Below are positions 54,529-64,000 of a DNA stretch of 64,000 nucleotides, piece by piece. Origin of the DNA: Oopsacas minuta (taxonomy: Eukaryota > Animalia > Porifera); the NCBI GenBank assembly GCA_024704765.1, contig JAKMXF010000122.1, positions 395,068 through 459,067 of the forward strand, read 5' to 3'. The position numbers were made by a program, and so were the translations under genes. The first letter of the stretch is position 1. The number at the start of each line of letters is the position of its first letter. The notes under the pieces were generated by a model. The model saw only the letters and a program-made list of their open reading frames with translations, was not told the DNA's origin and made no database searches.

Positions 54529-57315
54529 CAGTGACGTATCCAGCTCTTTCATTCGGGAGGACGGAGAGTCCTACTTTTGTATCATATTATAGAAAGGTTC
54601 ATGGTTAGTATGAATCTCATAAATGTGATGAATAATCATTGAATCGAAGTCAAGATTATTGATTAGTGTTTTCTAAAAAAATCCTTACATTCTCAAAAGG
54701 ACCCATTATATTGACAATTGAACAATAAAAATGCATGACTTGATTTAAGCAAACGCACATCATCTCATTTCTAGGATACTATTTATTATTGCAATTCTAA
54801 ATTTCTCATAGTAATTAAAGTATATTAATATTTTCATTATCTTCTATTCTACTGAATGACTAAACATCCAGGAAAAATTATTGACTTCTTTCTCCCTAAA
54901 GAAACAAGGATTGAGAATAGTTTGTCACGAGTAAACGAATCTGACAATGAGACATTATCTATCCTGAATGAAGAAAACAATCTTTCACAATCTGAAAAAT
55001 CGGAACAAGTCATTATCGATTCTGTTCTAACAGATTCAACAACCAGCGAATTCAAATTTGATATAGGTCTCTATGTTGCTGAAATATCCCAGTAGATAAA
55101 GGATTTCGTTTGGACATTCTATTTACCTGTTGGATACCCCCAGAGAAATACATATTTCCACTATTATCCAAGTGGGGAGAAATAGATACTAAAATATCAA
55201 ATGGCTGAGTATCTACAAACGGCTTGCTTCTTCTGAAATTGTATCCGGTACGTTTTATTCCTCGACTGAAATGATACACGAGTAGGTAAGGGGGTTCACC
55301 AAAGGTTGGCTCCTTAGTAACTACCGCATTCACTAACTACAAGTGTGCCATTGAAATTTTCAATAAACACAGTCAGTTAACCTATCATAGAGACTGTTGT
55401 GTCGATTGTGAAACTTTCAAACGAATGGCAGAAACTCCGGGATTGGATATTCAAGACCAGCATCACCAAAAACGAATCGAAAAAAGCGATTAAACCGCCA
55501 GCCATTAGTGCCCATAATTGTAATGATCCTCTTTTTGGGTAAACAGGGGTTATCCTTTCGCGACATTGAGGTGAATCTAGGCAACTAGATATCGAATAGC
55601 CGAAAGAAAACGATGGTAACTTTCGTGCTGCATTAAAATTACGCCTAACAGAATGAGAGATTGGATTGAAACACCACCTCGACTCGAGTGGATCAAATTC
55701 TAAATATTTAAGCCCAATGATCCAGAACGAGATCATCATTATTAGTAAAACATTAATGTGTCAAAGAATCGTTTCAGTAGCCCAGAAAAGCTTACCATTC
55801 CCTATTTTACCGGATGAATCTGCTGATGTTTCAGCTTCTGAGCAGCTCTCAATTACAGTTTGGTATGTTTTTCGAAATGATCGTTCAGTGTTATTAAAGG
55901 AAATGTTTCTTGGCTTTACAACTGTCACAGATCTCACAGGTGAATGAATAGCAAATTCAATCATTTCATTCTGTATTTCTACTAGATTAGATTTGAATAA
56001 TTTGGTAGGACTAGGTTTGGATGGTGCTAGTATTATGTCTGGAAAATATAAAGGAGTACTGGCATGAATTCGCGAAAAATATCCAGTGGTTCGCTATACA
56101 CACTGCTCACCACATGGCTTAAATCCTGCAATTGGAAAAGCAAACAATGTTGTTCTTGGAAACGTATTTCTAAACACTCTTCAATTACATCGTTCTTTCA
56201 TGGGTATCATTTGCGAAAAGAGAAACTACGCCAAGCCATCCAAGCTGTATCCCCAGAATCTAAGCGTCAGCGAGTGAAAACCAGTGGTGCAACAAGATGG
56301 GTTGAAAGACATGATGCAATGCTTGCTTTTATGGAATTAATAGAGGAAGTTGTTGCATGTTTGGAAGAACATACTCTTGTACCAGGAAAGACAGGTTCGA
56401 AAACTAATCAACTTGTTCATGTTTGCACATGATTCGACTTTATATACTTCTGTACTGTTTTAGAAAATCCCAGCGGTCTTATTTCCCACGGTTTGGAGAC
56501 AATTACAATCACCAACAATAGATTTGGCTGAGATTTGTTCACTTATTGAAAATGTGGTTTCCATTCTAGAAATGGAAATAAATCAAGATAGTGTGAATAC
56601 TAGAGTTTACGCTAAAGATAAATCAAACTCTGAAACTTTTGGGTCGTCAGTGACTCTGCTAAGAGCTCATGCAAGGAATAACCCCGAGTTCGTTAGAAAA
56701 GAGGCGGTATTTTATCGAAAACGTGTTTTATTCCATATTACCAGTGGCTGATTGACTAGATGAATTTGAGGTCCTTGAATCACAAGCAAAATGTTTGTAC
56801 ACTTCAGAAACTTCTTCCAAGTCTAGGTGGGAAAATGTTTTTGGATGAATTGCAAAAGGTAATAGAGCCATGCACTCATGAATGCCATTTTGCTTTTCTC
56901 AAATCCAGGCACAGATTAAAATATGGGAACAAATTTGGATTGAAAAGAAAACAAGGGCGAACCGATTCCTGAAAATGCTATTGACTCTTGTCATTAGTAT
57001 ACTATAATAGAGACCTACTACTAGCTATCTTGCGCATCCTTCAGATTTTTTCGACAATATCTATAACAACCGCAACCAGTTAAAGAAGCTTTTCGGCCCT
57101 GAAGCGTATAAAGACTATCTTAGGTACTCGATGGGATACGAAAGGCTCCCAGGCCTTGAGTTAATTTCTGTCCATGGACGTGAGATCCAACTTGAACCAG
57201 AAGAAATGATCAATGAAATGTCGAAAAGTAATCGAAAGATTGACTTTTTTTGAATGCACACCCAAATAATATTTCGGGGGCCCATGGTCCCCTTGAACCC
57301 CCCCCTGGCTAGTAG
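54529..57315 (+). mobile_element. hAT element (THAP12/ZMYM1-like transposase, pseudogenised)
   Basis: Left end CAGTGACGTATCCAG; YLSPMIQNE, DESADVS..EQL, DGASIMSG, HCSPHGLN, TRWVERH and SMGYERLPGL motifs; right TIR truncated. Confidence 0.85.
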
Positions 57316-57399
57316 TGAACTTGAGTTGTAAAATTTACATAAAAATATAATTGGTATCAAAAAACGGAAGAAAGATTTGCTAATCCACCAAAACCATAT

Positions 57400-57750
57400 T
57401 ATCTACCCACTACTGGTAGTCCAGTTGGATGAATTTGCACCTTACAATTAAACTTCCATATTTGTAAAACTTAGCGAGGATATTAGTACATTGGATGTTT
57501 CCATAAATTTGTGGCCTTTGGGCACATGAAAATACAATTCGTAATACGTTGTGGATGATTTATGTAAGAGAAATTTTGAAGTTTTTCTTATTGGTAATGA
57601 AAAGCCATCTATATAATGTTGACAAGGCTGAAGGTTTTGTAAGAAAGGTAATTTGGAGTTTTATAAGTCTTGCTTTTAAAGAATGGCATTACCAAATATT
57701 ATCATTGTATGTGCTCAATGTAGACATGCTTGCCAATTCATACTCTCCCT
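57400..57750 (-). pseudogene. Possible Penelope-like retroelement remnant
   Basis: Only FHVPKGHK, resembling the FYxLPKxHK motif; weak. Confidence 0.3.
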
Positions 57751-58184
57751 AGGTCCCATACCAGTGAGAGCGACAATAATTCCCTACAGATTCTTGGTGG
57801 GCGACAGGTTGGTTGATGAAAGTTGACTGAATTTCATAAATTCCATTGTAGGATGATTTGGTATATTCTATGGTGGTTTCTAATCTAGGCTATGATTTGT
57901 TATATTCTAAAGTGGTTGCGGATGAGGATGACTAAAGCGTCAGTGTTCTATCGAACTAACATGGTGTGGTAATCAGCCGTGAAGCAGTGAAGAATGCTTC
58001 ACGCCAGGGCCATAGCCATAGGGGGGGTCAGAAGGGGCTCAGTACCCCTAGCAAGTTAGGGTACCCTCCAGAGTACTTTTGGGGTGCAATATCTATGTCA
58101 TATTATCTTGAAATTTTGAATACTTTACTTGATTCCTCATGGATATTTGTTGTGGATGTGTGAGTTTAACTAATTATACTTTAC

Positions 58185-58489
58185 CGTATGGGCGCCGAAA
58201 CTGCCATTTATCAGGAAGAGTGATGAGATTCACTAGGATTTGGATGCCCTCCTTGAGTACTAGTAGGACTTTAACCCCCTCACAGCTAGGGATATAACCT
58301 TAGTCATTAATAGAGGTATCTGCCCTCCATACAAGTTTAGGAATTCCCTACCTGAAAACTAGGGCTATGCCCAGGTATATCCTCCATGAATAAGAGGGTA
58401 TACCCTCCAAATCAGGCTTGGAGCTGAGGGCCCCTGAAAATAACAGGGAGTGTCAAACCTCCCTAACCATCGCAACTTCGGCGCCTGTA
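58185..58489. mobile_element. Small MITE (hAT-like)
   Basis: Inverted GGCGCCGAA / TTCGGCGCC; flanking direct repeat TACTTTAC. Confidence 0.7.
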
Positions 58490-60479
58490 TACTTTACTAT
58501 ATTCTTTAGAGACTAAAAATCAAATTTGTGCCGACAGCATTGTATTTTAATTGAATTGAATTAAAATAGGACTATATTTGGAACTACAAAAGATTAAATT
58601 TCCAACAATACACTAATTGCCACCAACTAATTGTGAAATTTAAAACGCTTTAATACCGTGCATTGCTGGTGGAACAGACTCAAATAAAGAAATTCTTGCT
58701 CGATCCAGTCGCAGTTTCATGTTAAGTAATAATAAATTTATGAATTCAGAACACGATGAGAGATGCTCACTGATATATTCTTTACAGGAAGTATATCTTT
58801 CTATTGATATTTATTGTCCACTTCATTTTTACCTAATATTCATAAGACAAAGTAAAAGTAGAAGAGTTTACTCACTCAAACATTACAATCTGGCTCCAAG
58901 CAACTCTAGCAAAAATAGATATCACAAGGGTGACATCTCCGCCCAAATGTGTAGTTAGCCCCCCTGACAATACGTTCTGGGTACGGCTCTGCTTCAGTAA
59001 TGTACAGAAGAGGATATGATTGCATCTTTTTAAGGAGTAGAATGAATTTATTGCTGCCAACGAAACTTGAAGCACAAGGAATTAGGGGCAGCACAAATTG
59101 AGCACAAACTAACGATATTTAGAATAAATAAAGGGCCTCTAACATCAGAGATTCTACATTAGTTAAGGAGAAATGGTATGATTTCGAATTGGCATCGTAA
59201 GTACTCACACAATTTGGCTACTAGCAAACTTTATGTTTGATACAATCACGATGTATGGCCATAAAACGATTTAAGCTTAGCAGACCAAAGAAACTCACTT
59301 TAGAAACTATTCATGATTTTTCTGCGAGAGATGAAATTGCTCCGAAAGACGTCAATACCAAAAGGGATGTTTCAATGTAGGACCTCTACCTTTCACACAC
59401 GAGTACTCTCCAAGGATTGTACGAGTATTAAACATACTGGCTCCATAACTTGTTAATCCGAATCCTAGCTATTACATGCCAGGAAGGTTGTACAACTTTT
59501 TGAAAATGGTATAAATGTACAAATATATCTAATTGTATCAAATTGCAATGTGACAAAATATATCTCGATACAGTAAGGTTGTTTAATGAATACCTTGTAT
59601 GTAATATCCGATTATCGAATACTTTTATTATAAAAACCCAATTAATCGGTTAATTACTATGTTAACACAAAAATTGACATACACTTGTACTAAATTTTAA
59701 TAAAAGAAGTTAAACTAAACAGAGATATAGTTAAAATACTTTGGAGAAAGCCTTCCAAAATAATGTTGTATAGTTTAAGTTAAGCAAATTTGGGATTTTC
59801 TGCTTGGATAATGCTGGCATACTCTTTGGGGGGATCCGAATGGGTACATACTACATCACTTACCAATGTGTAGCGATTGTTGAAATATTGGTGAACTGAT
59901 GCGGAACAGTTGCCAATCCCATGTTGAATCGTATCGATCTGGGTTGGTCATATTTGCTAATTTAATAAGATTATGTGATTTGGGCTTGGAAATAGTTCGT
60001 ACATTGGATTGTAAAGGGTGTTAAGTTAGTAGATCATTCAACCATGTATTATACAGTCATTAATTTGACCCACTTCTGCTTGTCTGATTTCAGCCAAATT
60101 AATCTCATTCGATAGAGGAGATTTAAACGTTATAAAGAAAGGAATTTTGTGTAAAATTTTGTCTTTGTTATTGGACTTTTGATCAATTGCCATATGGATA
60201 TGAATACATTAATATACAGGACATAAAAAATAGAATTTGATTCTGAAAATTTGCATACACATTTGTGCCAAAAGGAAGTCTCAATACATTAAACTTCATT
60301 AAAAATAGCTACAAATTGAGGGGTTAATGCAATCCAAAATTGTTAGTTAGCAGAGACCATGAAGGGGTACCACATAAAGCAGTGCCAGTTCATACTCGCA
60401 TCATTTGATCCCTATCTATAGTGATTAAGAGCAAGTCTCTAAGTATATTTTAAGATTTCAAAAATTTGTAAACAGTATA

Positions 60480-60898
60480 CAGTGGAACCTGCATAATCTG
60501 ACACCTCTGTAATCCGGATTTTCGATAAACCGACATTATTTCTTTTCACGAATAGTTTTTGTATAGAAAACAACCTCAATAACTCGGAACCTTGCTACTC
60601 CGTATTCCGACAATTTAATGATGATCAAGTAATATAAATTCAAACTCTATAAACCGACATTTAGCAATTTAGTTTCAATTTATCTGAGATGTACATATTT
60701 CAACAAACGTCGCTCATGGAAGTGATTTACCTTCATAGTTCAACATATCGTTTACAATGTAAATATAGTATACTGCATATTTGATATTTGAAAACCATAT
60801 GTCTTGAATTTTACTTGAGTATATACAAGAAGACACCTGTATAATCCGACATTTTCTTCGTTTCCCCCAACGAGTGTCGGATTATGCAGGTTCCACTG
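60480..60898. mobile_element. pogo/Tigger-type MITE
   Basis: 25-bp TIR CAGTGGAACCTGCATAATC(T/C)GACAC, TA TSDs. Confidence 0.92.
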
Positions 60899-61197
60899 TA
60901 TTCATAAAACAAAAGAACTTTATATATGAGGAACTTGAAATGTGAAACTCGGATTCAGCATACTTGGTTATTTCGAAAGAGTAAGTATCCAAGTATCAGT
61001 ATATCAGCAATTTATGATCCCTCATAATAATTTAAATTGTCTAGATTTAAATAGCAGCGGTTACTTCAATTAATTGTTTATATAATCCCAATATTTTTGT
61101 AAAAAATTTTGATTGTTCACCAGAATTTAAGGGCTATTCTATACAGATATTGATAACCAGAATAATGAAAAACTAGATATTACTCCTACACACTATA

Positions 61198-63730
61198 CAG
61201 AGACGGATTATGGATATATTGGGCCCCGGGCGGACATCAACCACTGGCCTTTACGAGTTTATTTAGGGACACCCCAAATATACTTCTACAGGCCCTTTGG
61301 GATCATCATTGCATTATTATTCATTTACCATTACTCTCTTGTGCTATAAAAATTATTGGACGTAGACTCAAAATTATTATTTAATTATTTCAATTACATA
61401 ATTATTCATGTATCACTTATAGAAGAAAAGAATTCTTAGAGTGACATCATATAGGCCTTTTCCTACTCTTCAGATGAATAAAATCCATAATTATCTGTGA
61501 AAAGTCTAGTTGTTTCAGTACATCACTCTCAATACTCATGATTGATAGACTGTTAAGTCGATCTTGTCCAATTCTATTTCTGAGCTCATTTTTATACGTT
61601 TCAGTTTCGAAAAGGCCATCTCGCCGCTCCAATTGGATACTATCAGGGATAAATATATTCGAAGAGCTATTTCTATGTTAGGAAACATTTGTGTGAAGTT
61701 TTGTGTGTGAGGAATTCATACATCTTCAGCTCTATTGACTTCGTTTTTTCATTTGTTTGAAGCTCTACCGAAGATCTGACCAAGCTGGAAAATTGAATAA
61801 GCTCACACTTAATTGTAGGTTCCAGAACGTTGGGATATGTGCATGTAATATTTCCTGCAGCTTGTTTGATCATTTGATTAGAGAGAGATGGTAGTTTACA
61901 CAAGAATCCAAAGTTATAGCTGATTTCTTTATATGCCTCAAGGGGTGATATTTAAAGTCAACTATCAACCGATCATTGATAACTTGAAACACGTCTTGCC
62001 TGAACTTAGCCATTGGTGACATATTGCGATCTTTATCTCCGTCATCTACATCAAAATAACGACGGTTGGGCACTCGACCTCGCTTAAGGACTGTGTAGTA
62101 CTGGTCATGTCCACACAAAATAATACCCCGCTTGTGAAAATGTTCAAATTCGGTTCTCCGAGTTTCAATAAATCCAACAAGGGACTCGAGTAACGATACC
62201 ATGACATTGAGATCTAAAGTGCTTGACTGAAAGGAGAGATTAGTTTGATGGGAGCGCTCTAAAACTGTTTTCCAAAAACAAGAAGAATGACGAAATCGAA
62301 TTCGCCAAGTTTTTTAAGTATCGAACTTGGTTCATTTCGACAGTCAACCTTCTGTTCAATATCAGACGCCAAAGATAGTAATAACTCACATAAAGCATTA
62401 TATCCTTTGTGCGGGGCTTCCACTACTTCATATCTTGCGGACCACCGAGTATTAGAAAGCCGCTTGACTACAGACAAGCCTAGGAGCTTAAGCTTTTCGC
62501 AAAGAAGTCGCCATCGACGTAGATGCTGAGAGTAAAGTGCATAAATTTTGTATAATGTCAAAGAATCTTACAACCTCTGGGCTACATTCAGCGGAACCTT
62601 TCCCCACAAGATTGAGGGAATGAGCTGCACATGGTATAAATGTAGCATATTGACTCTGTTGTTTGATGATAGTTTGAACACCGATATATTTCCCACTCAT
62701 ATTTGATGCATTATCATATGATTGGCCACGGCAATTATTAATATCGATTGCATTATTTTCTAGAAAGCTTAGTATCGTTTCCGCTATCACTTGTCCATTA
62801 TGACCGATTATCATTAAAACTCAGAAATCATTCCTTTGGCACAGTCGGCAAGACATAGCGGACAATAAATGTCAGTTGATCTGAGAGTGTAACATCGGGC
62901 GTCGAATCGATAGACTGAATAAAACTTGATTTTAGTCCTTCGATAATTGTTTCAAGAACCTTGCTACCCATTAGACTAATTAATTCCTCGTAAATAGTTG
63001 ATGACCAGTATGAAGTATGGCCCCTTCCTTTGTTAACGAATATAGTGATGTGTTGAGCAAGGAATGAATCGTATTTTCAAAGGGCCTCCATCACTCCTAG
63101 ATAATTACCATTACTTGGAGACCCAATGACTTCGTCTTACCCTCTTAACGGGAGACTCCGTTCGCAAAAAATGTTATTACAGATACTGCACGCTCTATCA
63201 CTTTGCGCCATACTGTCGTTGGTTTTCAAACTCCTGGATAATCTGACAATCCACCCCCAATACTTGTTTTTCTCGTGCACATTATTACCCTGGCTTCTCT
63301 ATGCTGATGGCTATCCTCATGGGACGAAATTCTCTCGTCAGCATGCTTCCAGTCATTAAAGCCTTGGGTGAATGAACTAGTTATTCGTGATAGGAGCTTA
63401 CAAGCGAAGCAGAATACTTTCTTGTCAAAGGATGAATTTGTGTGAAGGAAGACTTAGAGCAGTATCGGTGAGATCCTTCATTTCCATGAATCATGCCAGA
63501 ATTTGGGAAGTTATTACAATTGTTTCTACAATCTTCACTATCTTTTGCTATCCAACGATTTCGTATGTCTTCTGATGTATTGTCCCACAACCCACTGTCA
63601 TTCACAAGTTGTATTTCTTTCTCAGTTAAAGCGTGTTGCTCTCCTACAACCTCTGGAACTGGAATTCGTTTGAATAAAATACAAATGAATCGCCAAGAGG
63701 TACAAATGAAGATGTTGAAGTAGAAACCTC
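61198..63730 (-). pseudogene. hAT (ZMYM1-like) transposase remnant; 5' end may lie beyond the window
   Basis: CRGQSYDNASNMSG, PCAAHSLNLVG, SNTRWSAR and LRNRIGQDRLNSLSIMSIE motifs. Confidence 0.9.
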
Positions 63731-64000
63731 ATAGTCTTCGGCTGGCAATTTTTGGGATTGTGATTGTAAGTTACAGAATATGTCTACTCTAAGAAATTTA
63801 GAGGTTTCTTGTTTCTGTTGCTCTTCGCGAAGGTGAGGTTCTTTTGTTTTGTTGCCCCCGACTTGTGAATAGGATGCATTACTGAGAAGTGGAGAATATA
63901 TTAAGACTCGAAAAATTCAATGCAAATGTAGATCAGGGCTAGGCTTGTTTCCTTTAAAGGTGTGCTGCCCATTAATTGTATCATTCTTATTGATTCACTG

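Noticed and set aside
58872-59960. Strong minus-strand donors (GTGAGT near 58872, GTAAGT near 59860) as upstream cadherin exons
   Set aside because: The adjacent frames lack cadherin motifs (DxNDN, LDRE, AxDxD).

Overview
AT-rich animal (invertebrate-type) genomic DNA; the species cannot be determined from sequence alone. Almost the whole window is decayed, often nested DNA transposons lying in and around the large introns of a minus-strand cadherin gene. Four phase-compatible exons were reconstructed by hand (53343-53064, 46526-46392, 25142-24952, 17506-17295). They encode a final cadherin repeat, a membrane-adjacent domain, a transmembrane helix and a cytoplasmic tail, i.e. a CDH23/PCDH15/Cad99C-like layout. 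The most notable content is three diverged, same-orientation RAG1-like (Transib-superfamily) transposons. One is structurally complete (29503-34100): both ends are the RSS heptamer CACAGTG, it has a 5-bp target-site duplication (AATCA), asymmetric subterminal motifs and an NBD-like N-terminal region, and no RAG2-like gene was found. Also present: hAT (Charlie, ZMYM1/THAP12-type, Ac/BED-type), P-superfamily (one with a THAP domain, TIRs and a 7-bp TSD), Tc1/mariner (DD34D, DD37D including one intact ORF, DD37E), Chapaev3, MULE, pogo-type MITEs, Helitron-like non-autonomous elements, integrase and BEL remnants, and two long trinucleotide microsatellites. No rRNA, tRNA or CRISPR features were recognised. 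All alignments were done by eye; no database searches were run.
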